A stretch of 64,000 nt of DNA, taken from positions 160,001 to 224,000 of the forward strand of contig CBDCXV010000011.1 in the NCBI GenBank assembly GCA_965223905.1. The letters run 5' to 3'. Positions 27,993 through 36,974 of the stretch are shown in pieces (position 1 is the stretch's first letter; the number at the start of each line of letters is the position of its first letter). The stretch comes from Candidatus Latescibacterota bacterium. GTDB lineage: Bacteria; Latescibacterota; UBA2968; UBA8231. Both the position numbers and the translations under genes were made by a program. The notes beneath the pieces were generated by a model. It saw nothing but the letters and a program-made list of their open reading frames with translations. It did no database searches and had not been told where the DNA came from.

Positions 27993-28655
27993 ATGGCAAG
28001 AAGTGAAAGACCTACCAGAGCAGAGCTCGAGGAAGACCGCTTCGTCGAGTGGATCATGCAGGCCGCGGACTTCCTGAAAGAGCGGATGCAGTTCGTCATT
28101 GCCGCGGCAGCAGCGGTAGCGGTGATCGTCGTGCTGATAAGCTATCTTCGCAGCGCTGAGGAAGAGGCGCGCCTGCAGGCGTCGACATCGTTCGGCCAAG
28201 TGTTGATGGCGGACGCCAACGGGGACGTTGCGCAGGCGTTGGAAATCGCCGAAAACCTGATCAGGGAACACCGTGGGACCCCAGCGGCGGCCCAGGGGGT
28301 GGTCTACCTGGCCAACCGCTACTTCCGCCAGGGTCGGCTCGACGAAGCCCAGCGCCTGTACGAGACCTACCTGGAAGATTACGGAGATGTCGACGTTCTC
28401 GTGTTCGCTGCCTGGAGCGGGGTAGCGGCCTGCATCGAATCGCAGGGCCAGTTCGCCCAGGCCGCCGAGAAATACGTGCAGTATGCAGACCGGTACGATG
28501 GGCAGCAGGCGTCCCTGGCCCTGATGAGCGCTTCTCGCTGTTACGCTTTGGCAGGTGAAACCGCAGCGCAGAAGAAGGCGCTGCGGCGAATCGCGCGGGC
28601 TTTTCCGACGTCTCCCGTCGTCGCAAAAGCCCGCGAGCAGCTGAGGAGGCTGTGA
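27993..28655 (+). CDS. YfgM-like single-TM TPR protein
   Basis: ELEEDRF N-terminus, one TM helix, TPR-like helices. Confidence 0.75.
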   Translation: MARSERPTRAELEEDRFVEWIMQAADFLKERMQFVIAAAAAVAVIVVLISYLRSAEEEARLQASTSFGQVLMADANGDVAQALEIAENLIREHRGTPAAAQGVVYLANRYFRQGRLDEAQRLYETYLEDYGDVDVLVFAAWSGVAACIESQGQFAQAAEKYVQYADRYDGQQASLALMSASRCYALAGETAAQKKALRRIARAFPTSPVVAKAREQLRRL

Positions 28656-28680
28656 ACTTCTCGCTGTCAGCGGAGGAGAA

Positions 28681-29619
28681 ATGACCAACAAGCTCAAGGT
28701 CTTCGCCGGCAACAGCAATCCCGACCTCGCGGCGCGAATCTGCGGTTCGCTGGGGGTGTCACCGGGGGGCCTCGAGATCATTCGCTTCAGCAACGAAAAT
28801 CTCAAGGTCAAGATCTGCGAGAACGTCCGCGGCTGCGACGTCTTCTTCATTCAGACCTCCTGCGCCCCGGTTAGCGAGCACCTTATGGAATTGCTCATCG
28901 CCCTCGACGCGTTGAAGTTCGCGTCCGCCGGACGGATCACCGCAGTATTGCCTTACTACCCGTACTCGCTCGCAGACAGCAAGGACGAACCTCGCATATC
29001 GGTCGCCGGCCGGCTGATGGCCGACCTTCTCACCGAGGCCGGTGCGGACCGCATTCTAACCATGACCCTTCACAGCCCGCAGATCATGGGGTTCTGCAGA
29101 ATCCCGATCGATCAGCTCAGCGGGGTTTCTACCATATGCGAGAACTTTCGCAGCCGGGACATAGAGAATGCTGTCGCGGTGGCACCGGATATCAGTCGCG
29201 CCAAGGTCACGGAGGGGTACGCTCGTCATCTGGGAATGCCGCTCGTGGTCCTCGACAACCGGCGAACTCCAGAGGGGAAGCTCCGGGTCATGGGCGCCAT
29301 CGGGGACGTCGAGAGGAAGAATGCCATTCTCTTCGACGACGAGATCATTACAGGAGACTCCGTTATCGCCGGCTCCGAGGCCTTGAAGGAAAGAGGCGCT
29401 GAGACGATCTACGCCGGATGCGTTCACGGCACCCTCGCTGAATCCGCACTCCTCAGGATCGACAAGTCCATTCTGGCCGGGTTGACGGTGACCGACACCA
29501 TCCCCCAGGCTCCGGAGGAGGGGCATCCGAAACTGACCGTCTGTTCCGTAGCCGAACACTTCGCCGACGCGATCAAGGCGATTCACGAAGAGACCTCCAT
29601 CAGTGCTCTTTTCAACTAG
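28681..29619 (+). CDS. prs: second, divergent ribose-phosphate pyrophosphokinase paralog
   Basis: Prs fold throughout, but YSLADSK, APDISRA and LDNRR variants. Confidence 0.85.
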   Translation: MTNKLKVFAGNSNPDLAARICGSLGVSPGGLEIIRFSNENLKVKICENVRGCDVFFIQTSCAPVSEHLMELLIALDALKFASAGRITAVLPYYPYSLADSKDEPRISVAGRLMADLLTEAGADRILTMTLHSPQIMGFCRIPIDQLSGVSTICENFRSRDIENAVAVAPDISRAKVTEGYARHLGMPLVVLDNRRTPEGKLRVMGAIGDVERKNAILFDDEIITGDSVIAGSEALKERGAETIYAGCVHGTLAESALLRIDKSILAGLTVTDTIPQAPEEGHPKLTVCSVAEHFADAIKAIHEETSISALFN

Positions 29620-29697
29620 CGGCGCAACAATAGCTTGGGGGTCAAAAATCCGTCTCCGGGAAGGGGTAGGCAGCGGGACCGCCGCCGAGATCGGCTG

Positions 29698-30420
29698 GTG
29701 AAATACGCCATCCTCGCAGACATACACGCCAACCTCGAAGCCCTCGAGGCGGTCTTGATCGCGGCCGAAAACGAGGGAGCGGATCACTTCATCGCCGTCG
29801 GCGATATCGTCGGGTACGGCGCGGACCCTGTCGCCTGCATCAACCGACTTCGCGAGAACGAGTTTGTGTGCGTGCTCGGAGATCACGACCAGGCCCTTGT
29901 CGACGGCAGACAAGTTCGTAGCTTCAACGCATTGGCCCGCAACACGATATTGCGATCACGCGATCTCGTTTCCGAAGTCGAACTCGACTACATCCGCCAT
30001 TTCGGATTCCGGCACGTCGAATTCGATGCCGTTTTCGCCCACGCCAACCCGATCAGGCCGGAGAACTGGCTGCACATGATTCTGCACCGGGACATCGCCT
30101 GGTGCCTCGAGAGGCTGGACTGGAGGGTCGCCTTCGTCGGCCATACCCACTACCCGGGGATCTATTGCGGTACCGGCAGCCAGGTGACGTCGTTGACTTC
30201 ATCGGAAGTCTCGGTGGGACCGCATCGCTACCTCATCAACCCCGGGAGCGTCGGACAGCCTCGAGACGGCGACCGCAGGGCATCCTACGCCCTTTGGGAC
30301 GTGGACGCGGAGTACGTCCAGTTGCTACGGGTCGAGTACCCCGTCGAGAGGACCCAGGAGAAACTGCGCCAGGCGGACTGGCCCGAATACCTTGCCGAGC
30401 GCCTGGGAAGAGGGGAATAG
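29698..30420 (+). CDS. calcineurin-like metallophosphoesterase
   Basis: DIHAN, GDIVGYG, GDHD, GHTH, INPGSVGQPRDGD. Confidence 0.9.
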   Translation: MKYAILADIHANLEALEAVLIAAENEGADHFIAVGDIVGYGADPVACINRLRENEFVCVLGDHDQALVDGRQVRSFNALARNTILRSRDLVSEVELDYIRHFGFRHVEFDAVFAHANPIRPENWLHMILHRDIAWCLERLDWRVAFVGHTHYPGIYCGTGSQVTSLTSSEVSVGPHRYLINPGSVGQPRDGDRRASYALWDVDAEYVQLLRVEYPVERTQEKLRQADWPEYLAERLGRGE

Positions 30421-30426
30421 TCGAGG

Positions 30427-31347
30427 ATGAAGGGGCTTGTGTTGCGGGTATCCGGATTGCAATCGACCGTCGAGGCGGATGGCAGGAGCTGGCAGTGCGA
30501 GATTCGAGGGCGGTTGAAAGCCGGGCGGCGAGACGTCCAGTCTCCTGTCGCTACCGGGGACTGGGTTGAATTCGAGCCTACGACCGAATCGACCGGCGTG
30601 ATCGAGAACCGGCATCCCAGGCATTCCAAGCTCTCCCGGGCGATGTCGGGACGCCGCCCATGCGAACAGATTCTCGCCGCGAATGTCGATTGCTTCGCTG
30701 TGGTTGTCGCCGCCCGCCAACCCGCGGTCAGCCCGGGGTTCATTGACCGCGCCCTGGTGATGGCCCAGGAGGGAAAGGTCGAGCCCCTGATCTGCCTCAA
30801 CAAAATCGACCTCACAGAGGGCCCGGCTGTGCATGAGGTCGAGCGCATCTATGGGAACCTGGGATATCGCGTACTTCTCACCTCAGCCAGGACAGGGGAG
30901 GGAATCGACGAATTGACACAATTGCTGGCCGGCCGCGTCTCCGCCCTCGTCGGCCAGTCTGGGGTCGGCAAATCGAAGATTCTCAACTGCATTGATCCGA
31001 GCCTGAACCTTCCTACCGCCGGGTTGATGAAGAGACACGACCGCGGGCGCCATACCACTACTTCCATACATCTTCACCGGCTGCCTCGCGGCGGTTACGT
31101 CGCCGACACCCCTGGGGTAAAGTCACTGCAACCTTGGGGGGTGAACCGCCGCCAGCTCACCAAGTATTTTGTCGAAATGGTGCCGTTGACCGGACAATGC
31201 CGGTTCCGTGACTGCACCCACATCCACGAGCCTGGATGTGCGATTCGGGACGCGGTGAAATCCGGGATGATAACGGAACTGCGCTACGAAGGCTTCAAGC
31301 GCATAAAGGAAAGCCTTCCGGAGCCGGCTGCCGAATGTCGGAACTGA
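30427..31347 (+). CDS. rsgA: ribosome small subunit-dependent GTPase A
   Basis: NKIDL, GQSGVGKS, GRHTTT, DTPG, CRFRDCTHIHEPGC. Confidence 0.96.
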   Translation: MKGLVLRVSGLQSTVEADGRSWQCEIRGRLKAGRRDVQSPVATGDWVEFEPTTESTGVIENRHPRHSKLSRAMSGRRPCEQILAANVDCFAVVVAARQPAVSPGFIDRALVMAQEGKVEPLICLNKIDLTEGPAVHEVERIYGNLGYRVLLTSARTGEGIDELTQLLAGRVSALVGQSGVGKSKILNCIDPSLNLPTAGLMKRHDRGRHTTTSIHLHRLPRGGYVADTPGVKSLQPWGVNRRQLTKYFVEMVPLTGQCRFRDCTHIHEPGCAIRDAVKSGMITELRYEGFKRIKESLPEPAAECRN

Positions 31348-32282
31348 CGATAGACGCCCTGCTGAAACGGTACGGGCGCCCGCTGGGCCTCCGTCTGCTG
31401 GCCGGCGACAAGGGGATGGGACGAACCATCAACAGTGCGGACGCCCATCGTCCGGGCCTGACCCTAACCGGTTTCGTCGAGATCTTCACGTTCGCCCCGG
31501 TTCAGATCCTCGGCAATCTCGAAATCGACTACCTGCGCAGCCTGCCGCCGGACCGGAGGCTGCAGGCGCTGGAGATCATCTACCAGTTCGAACTGCCCTG
31601 TATCGTGGTGACCGGCCGCGGGCGACTTCTTCCCGAACTGAGGATACTCGCCAACAAGAACAACATCCCCCTGCTCAGAACGGAATTCGACACGACCAAG
31701 TTCATCCACCTCCTGCATTTCTACCTCGACCCGGTTTTCTCTCCCCAGGTCACCATGCACGGCACCCTCGTCGACGTCCACGGAGTCGGTCTTCTCGTTG
31801 TCGGTCGCAGTTCCATTGGCAAGAGCGAGATTGGCCTTGATCTGGTGGAGAGAGGGCACCGCCTGGTCGCCGATGACACCGTGAAAATCACAAGGCATGC
31901 CCAGGGTATTCTCGTAGGACGCAGCCCGGAGCTGCTGCAGGATCACATGGAGATTCGGGGTATCGGCGTCGTCGACGTCAAGAGGCTGTTCGGAATCGGG
32001 GGCACCCGCCGGCAGAAGAGGGTGGAAGTAATGGTTACTCTGGTAGACTGGCAGGCGGACTTCGACTACGAGCGCATCGGGATCGACGACAAGGGGAAGT
32101 TCATCCTCGGGGTCGAAGTTCCAGAGATTACGGTGCCCATCTTCCCCGGGAAAAACATCACCGTGATAGCCGAAGCCATAGCTTTCAACTACCTGCTGCG
32201 TCTCGACGGCTATAACGCCGCCCTGGAGTTCAACAAGCGGCTGATCAGAAGGATGCAGCGCAAGAAGCGTGGCGATTCCTGA
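31335..32282 (+). CDS. hprK: HPr kinase/phosphorylase
   Basis: HRPGL, GRSSIGKSE, GHRLVADD, MEIRGIG. Confidence 0.95.
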   Translation: MSELTIDALLKRYGRPLGLRLLAGDKGMGRTINSADAHRPGLTLTGFVEIFTFAPVQILGNLEIDYLRSLPPDRRLQALEIIYQFELPCIVVTGRGRLLPELRILANKNNIPLLRTEFDTTKFIHLLHFYLDPVFSPQVTMHGTLVDVHGVGLLVVGRSSIGKSEIGLDLVERGHRLVADDTVKITRHAQGILVGRSPELLQDHMEIRGIGVVDVKRLFGIGGTRRQKRVEVMVTLVDWQADFDYERIGIDDKGKFILGVEVPEITVPIFPGKNITVIAEAIAFNYLLRLDGYNAALEFNKRLIRRMQRKKRGDS

Positions 32283-32410
32283 ACATGCCCGCCTCCTACG
32301 GTGCGCGTTGATCTCACCTGGGTACCAGGATATCTTCCAAAAGTCATCCGGGCTTTCAGCTACTCCCCCCGAAATTCGGCTCGCAGACCTTCATTTCCCA
32401 GAGCAGGTCG

Positions 32411-33307
32411 ATGCCCCACCCGGTGTTCGAACTGGCGATCGTCGGTTCGGATCGCATCGCCGAGCACGAAACAGCGATTCGTAAGCAGCGGCATCTGCGG
32501 CTGTCCACCCGCGGTGGGGAATCCTCCCCTGACCGGATATCGAGCCCCGGGACGTTTGGAGATTTCGATTTCAATGCCGATATCCGGGGGGTTGTCGTCT
32601 GCACACCGGCTTCCGAAAGGGAGTACTGGGCTCTCGAGAGCGCTCGGGCCAACAAGCCTGTCCTCGTCGACGGGCAGCTGGCCGGATCGTCGGCGGGACT
32701 GCAGGAATTGCGGCGCCTCGACCAGCGCATGGGAGAGCTGGTCCTCATGGCCTCGCCCGTTCTGGCAGCCGACATCGCAACCGACCTGCTGGCAGCACGC
32801 TGCCACATCGGGCGCTGCCTGTACATGGATCTCCACATGAGCATACCGAAGGAGACCCTGCCGTCGACGCGCTCTGGCGTCTCCTTCCTCGGTGCAACCG
32901 AGCTTCTCCTGCTGAGCGAGCGTTTCGCCGGACCTGTCGATTCGGTCCACGCCCGTAGCCGCAGCCTGCTGACCAACCGGCCCAGCGAAGACGCGGTCTG
33001 GGCAATGCTTCGTTTCGTCAACGGCGTCGAGGCGGTGCTTCAGGTGCGCGGACTCGACTCAACGGAACGAGTGACAATCACTGTCCATGGAAGTGAGGGT
33101 ACCTTGGAGCTGACGACCAGCCTCTCGCGGCAGACCGAGGCAATCCGGGACAGGCAGTACGAAAATCTGGTGCAGGTCCTGACGGGACGCGGCAGACCGG
33201 CGTGCGGAGTCGGGGACATCTACCGCTGCCTGTTCCTGGGCACCTGGCTGGAGCAGTCGGCCAAGCAGGACCGGGAGCTCTTCAGCTCCGACGTGAGAGT
33301 GGAGTGA
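32411..33307 (+). CDS. degenerate Gfo/Idh/MocA oxidoreductase-like protein
   Basis: VVVCTP, ANKPVLV, EDAVWAMLRFVNG, VHGSEGTL. Confidence 0.55.
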   Translation: MPHPVFELAIVGSDRIAEHETAIRKQRHLRLSTRGGESSPDRISSPGTFGDFDFNADIRGVVVCTPASEREYWALESARANKPVLVDGQLAGSSAGLQELRRLDQRMGELVLMASPVLAADIATDLLAARCHIGRCLYMDLHMSIPKETLPSTRSGVSFLGATELLLLSERFAGPVDSVHARSRSLLTNRPSEDAVWAMLRFVNGVEAVLQVRGLDSTERVTITVHGSEGTLELTTSLSRQTEAIRDRQYENLVQVLTGRGRPACGVGDIYRCLFLGTWLEQSAKQDRELFSSDVRVE

Positions 33308-33311
33308 GCCG

Positions 33312-33932
33312 ATGCTGGAGCGCGAACCGAAAGTTGGACCTTCTTCCCGGCCGGACTCGGAGACTCCGGCCATAGGGCCGGTCAGGTTGGCCCTGATGCT
33401 GGCCTCCGGTCTTATGGCCGTGCTCGTTATGATCAACGCACTGGGTGGGGAAGCGACCCCGGTGGACGAGGATCGTTTCCTCGAGCTCTCTCAGGCGGGA
33501 GTGGTGGAAAGTATCGTCATCCAGGGGCCAGCGAGTCTGACCGCGGAGCTGCGCAGCGCCGTTAATTTGCGCGATGCAGGTGACCCGCGCGCTCCCGAGT
33601 ACGTCGAAAACCAGGGAGGAACGGCCGCCAGCTCTGTCTTTGTCGAGTTCAGCCAGCCGATCTCTGCAGCGCAGCGGCAGGTGTGGGGCAAGCTCGGGAT
33701 TTCCGTAAGGGAAGGGGAGCCGGGTACGCACCGCAAGACCGGACTGTGGGCAGCCGTCGTGTTCGGCATGCTCGGGCTGGGGATCTGGCACCTGGTCGCC
33801 CAGGCACGCAACAATCTCCGCTTCGGCAGTCCTCGACAGATGCTGCAGGAAGTAGAAAGCCAGTTCCGCGAAGGACTGATCTCTAGAGAGGAGCGCGACC
33901 TCAAGGTGGAGGAAATCTCCGCGCGCCTGTAA
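33312..33932 (+). CDS. hypothetical 2-TM protein (FtsH-extracellular-like domain, SHOCT-like tail)
   Basis: TM - RFLELSQAGVVESIVI - TM - LQEVESQFREGLISREE. Confidence 0.6.
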   Translation: MLEREPKVGPSSRPDSETPAIGPVRLALMLASGLMAVLVMINALGGEATPVDEDRFLELSQAGVVESIVIQGPASLTAELRSAVNLRDAGDPRAPEYVENQGGTAASSVFVEFSQPISAAQRQVWGKLGISVREGEPGTHRKTGLWAAVVFGMLGLGIWHLVAQARNNLRFGSPRQMLQEVESQFREGLISREERDLKVEEISARL

Positions 33933-33953
33933 CTCCGGTAAGCCCCCGAAACC

Positions 33954-35768
33954 ATGAGTGCGACCATACACAGACTGTCCGAAAACGTAATCGGCAAGAT
34001 CGCCGCGGGAGAGGTGATCGAAAGACCGGCCTCAGCGGTCAAGGAACTGGTCGAGAACTCTCTCGATGCGGGCGCGGAACGCATCTACGTCGACATCGCT
34101 GCCGGGGGCAGGCAGCTGATCCGCGTGGCCGACGACGGCGCCGGGATGACCGCCGAGGACGCCTGCCTGTCGGTGGAGCGCCACGCCACCAGCAAGATGC
34201 AGAGTCCCAGTGACCTGTTCGCCATCGACACACTGGGATTTCGAGGGGAGGCCTTGGCCAGCATCGCCGCGGTTTCCCGGGTGACCATCGAAACCTGCAA
34301 TGGGGGAGAGGGAGAAGGCACCCGAATCGAGGTGGAAGGTGGAATCCGTACTCATCTCGGTGCCATCGCCAGGGACAGCGGCACTACGGTCAGTGCACGC
34401 AGCCTGTTCTTCAACACCCCGGCGCGTCGAAAATTCCTCCGTCACATGGACACCGAAGCCCGTTACATCACCCTGTGTGTCTCCCAGTTGGCCGTCGCCT
34501 ATCCTGAGGTGGCGTTCCGCGTGACCCACAACGACCGCGTGACCCTCGACCTCCACTCCGGTGACCGCGCGAAGCGCGTCTCGGAGGTGGTTGCGGTCGA
34601 CCCGGCGCTCCTACTGCACGCAGCCTCAAATATCGATGCGGGAGCGGCCGGTCGAATCTCGGTAGAGGTGCTGGCAGGATCCCCGCAAATATGTCAGCGC
34701 AGTCGCACCCGGCAGTACGCGACAGTCCGCCAGCGGCCTGTTTACCACCGGAAATTGAACTCCGCGGTATACGAAGCTTACGGCAGCCTGTTGCCCCACA
34801 ATGCGCACCCGGTTTTTGCGCTCTGGCTCGATATCGATCCCAGGACCGTCGACGTAAACGTCCATCCCACCAAGAAAGAGGTCCACTTCTCCTCGGAAGG
34901 GGATCTCGTCAAAGCAGTGCAATCTATTGTGCGACAGGCACTAGACGTTCCTGAGGCAAGCGCGTTCAGAGCTTCTTCCGGAATCGGCTCGACGGGGGAG
35001 AGACCTGCTTACGGGACATCTACCGGGGCAGCGGGCCACGGCAGGGTCCTGGAGACTCCCGCCGAGCCGTTCGGTCCGGAACACGATACCAACCTCGATC
35101 AGCTGTCACTTTCCCTGTTGCCACCGGTCAGGTTGGGGACCGCTGAAAGTGCTGGTCAACCTCTGACGGGGCAGGAGATTGACCAGCTGTCATCGGACGC
35201 AGAGTCAGCGCCGATTTGGCAGATCCACAACAAGTACATCGCGCTGCCGACCTCGGACGGCATCGCCATAGTCGATCAGCACGTCGCCCACGAACGCATC
35301 CGTTTCGAGGAGGTGCTGGAGGAGCTCGACCGGGAGCAGGGAACCTCCCAGCAGCTGTTGTTGCCTCTGACGCTCGACCTGTCACCCGTAGAGATGATTG
35401 CTTTTCAGGATGCTCGCGGCTTGTTCGAAAAAATCGGCTTTGGAGCACGTGAATTCGGTCCTACCAGCCTGATAGTGGATTCCATCCCTGGCGAACTCAG
35501 GAATTGGGGTGACGGCGCAGTATTTCAGGAGATCATCAGCGACCTGATCGAGGAGAACGAGACTCGTTCGACGACAGGGCAAGCCCTTGCGGCATCGATG
35601 GCTTGCCACACTTCAATTCGGGCAGGAGAACGCCTGAACCAGGAAGAGATGCGGACCCTCGTTCAGCGATTGCTCAAGGCGCGTGAGCCTTTTGCCTGTC
35701 CTCACGGAAGACCCATAATAATCCGGATTCCCCTCAGTAATCTCGACAGGCTGTTCGGTCGCACCTGA
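33954..35768 (+). CDS. mutL: DNA mismatch repair protein MutL
   Basis: IAAGEVIERPASAVKELVENS, GFRGEAL, DVNVHPTK, DQHVAHER, CPHGRP. Confidence 0.97.
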   Translation: MSATIHRLSENVIGKIAAGEVIERPASAVKELVENSLDAGAERIYVDIAAGGRQLIRVADDGAGMTAEDACLSVERHATSKMQSPSDLFAIDTLGFRGEALASIAAVSRVTIETCNGGEGEGTRIEVEGGIRTHLGAIARDSGTTVSARSLFFNTPARRKFLRHMDTEARYITLCVSQLAVAYPEVAFRVTHNDRVTLDLHSGDRAKRVSEVVAVDPALLLHAASNIDAGAAGRISVEVLAGSPQICQRSRTRQYATVRQRPVYHRKLNSAVYEAYGSLLPHNAHPVFALWLDIDPRTVDVNVHPTKKEVHFSSEGDLVKAVQSIVRQALDVPEASAFRASSGIGSTGERPAYGTSTGAAGHGRVLETPAEPFGPEHDTNLDQLSLSLLPPVRLGTAESAGQPLTGQEIDQLSSDAESAPIWQIHNKYIALPTSDGIAIVDQHVAHERIRFEEVLEELDREQGTSQQLLLPLTLDLSPVEMIAFQDARGLFEKIGFGAREFGPTSLIVDSIPGELRNWGDGAVFQEIISDLIEENETRSTTGQALAASMACHTSIRAGERLNQEEMRTLVQRLLKAREPFACPHGRPIIIRIPLSNLDRLFGRT

Positions 35769-35782
35769 ACAGCCGGAATATG

Positions 35783-35800
35783 TAAATCCCTTGGGATTTA
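35783..35800. repeat. 8-bp inverted repeat between converging mutL and recombinase
   Basis: TAAATCCC-TT-GGGATTTA. Confidence 0.6.
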
Positions 35801-35873
35801 GTGAGGATTTGTTCGGAATTTCCAGAACACCCTGTTCTGCGGAATATCAACTGTTCCTTGGGACCTCGACCGG

Positions 35874-36800
35874 TCAGGAACCGTAACGGATTCTCGCTAC
35901 GGCGCCGCGCGCTGCCAACTGGCCGCGCGCATAGTGACCGGGCATTTGCGGCGATGTCCAACGGCCGGCAGTCTGCATCTCCGCAATCGAAGCGCCTCCC
36001 GCAGCAAGAGACTGGGCGCCACCTACCCGTAGGGAGTGACCTGAGACATTTCCCTCGATTCCCGCCGCGGCACACCGGTGCTTGATGATATTCCGGACTG
36101 ATACGGTGCTCAAGGCATGTCTTCCAATCCGGTCGCCGCGGTGAAGACGCCTGAAAACGGCCCCCTCGTCAATCCCGGCTGCATCCATCCAGGTCTTGAT
36201 TCTCCATGCGGTCGGCGCGCCAAGGAACACAACGACCCCGGCTCCTTCCTGGTCGGTTTTCGATTGGCTTATCGTTAGCCGGGCGGATCCGTCGCTTTCA
36301 AAGAAGATGTCCGCCACCTGGACAGCGGAGATCTCCGAAACGCGGAGTAGACCGTCCGAAGCGACCGCCACCAGGGCGGAGTCTCTCAAACCGGCCAACG
36401 AGCCATCGGAAGCTACTGCCGCGGCGGCGTCAGCCTGGGCAAACTGGACACCCTGCACCTGACCCCGTCCGCGGCCCTTTCCCGCGCGACGAATTCCTCC
36501 CAACACTCTGTCCGTGGCCGGACCGGATGGGGAAGTCCCACCTTGCAACTTCGCACGGAACTTGACCGCAGCGACTACCTGGGAGCAGGTCGCCGGAGAC
36601 TTTCCTGCGGCGTGCAAGCCCGCGATATAGTCGGCAAGCAATCCGTCCGTCAAAGGATGGCCGGCAAGGTGCCTGTCGATCCTCCTCAACGCGTGCTGGT
36701 AAGCCCGGCGGGTGTTCTCGGAAACGCTGGCCATGACCAAATCCCGCACTGTCCCGGAATTGGCAAGCCCTTGAGGGGATTCTGTTGTAGTCAGTTCCAT
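35874..36800 (-). CDS. Cre-like tyrosine recombinase
   Basis: LLRVSE (R), SKTDQ (K), SGHSLRVG (HxxR), GRW (W), MPGHY (Y), C-terminal GAVAR helix; SENTRRAY N-terminal helix. Confidence 0.92.
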   Translation of the reverse strand: MELTTTESPQGLANSGTVRDLVMASVSENTRRAYQHALRRIDRHLAGHPLTDGLLADYIAGLHAAGKSPATCSQVVAAVKFRAKLQGGTSPSGPATDRVLGGIRRAGKGRGRGQVQGVQFAQADAAAAVASDGSLAGLRDSALVAVASDGLLRVSEISAVQVADIFFESDGSARLTISQSKTDQEGAGVVVFLGAPTAWRIKTWMDAAGIDEGAVFRRLHRGDRIGRHALSTVSVRNIIKHRCAAAGIEGNVSGHSLRVGGAQSLAAGGASIAEMQTAGRWTSPQMPGHYARGQLAARGAVARIRYGS

Positions 36801-36816
36801 TGCATTTCTGGTTGAA

Positions 36817-36850
36817 ATTACTTTTGTTAACTGTAATTATACAAAGTTTA
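36817..36850. other. candidate lox/dif-like recombination site
   Basis: ATTACTTTTGTTA-ACTGTAAT-TATACAAAGTTTA, imperfect palindrome starting 17 bp from the recombinase ATG. Confidence 0.5.
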
Positions 36851-36864
36851 TTTCCAGGAGTCAA
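36836..36864 (-). promoter_or_regulatory. near-consensus sigma70 promoter of the recombinase
   Basis: Minus strand TTGACT(36864-36859)-N17-TATAAT(36841-36836). Confidence 0.8.
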
Positions 36865-36974
36865 GCAAGGGGTGTCTTGGCGGGCTGTTCACCAGCCGAG
36901 GCGAGATTTGTTTACAAAATAATTTTTACAGGTAATTCTTTTTCAGAAAATCGGACACCCCAAATCAGCCAGGA

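Noticed and set aside
36924-36961. Tn3-like terminal repeat (GGGG start on minus strand)
   Set aside because: No TAAG end, no matching 38-bp partner and no transposase
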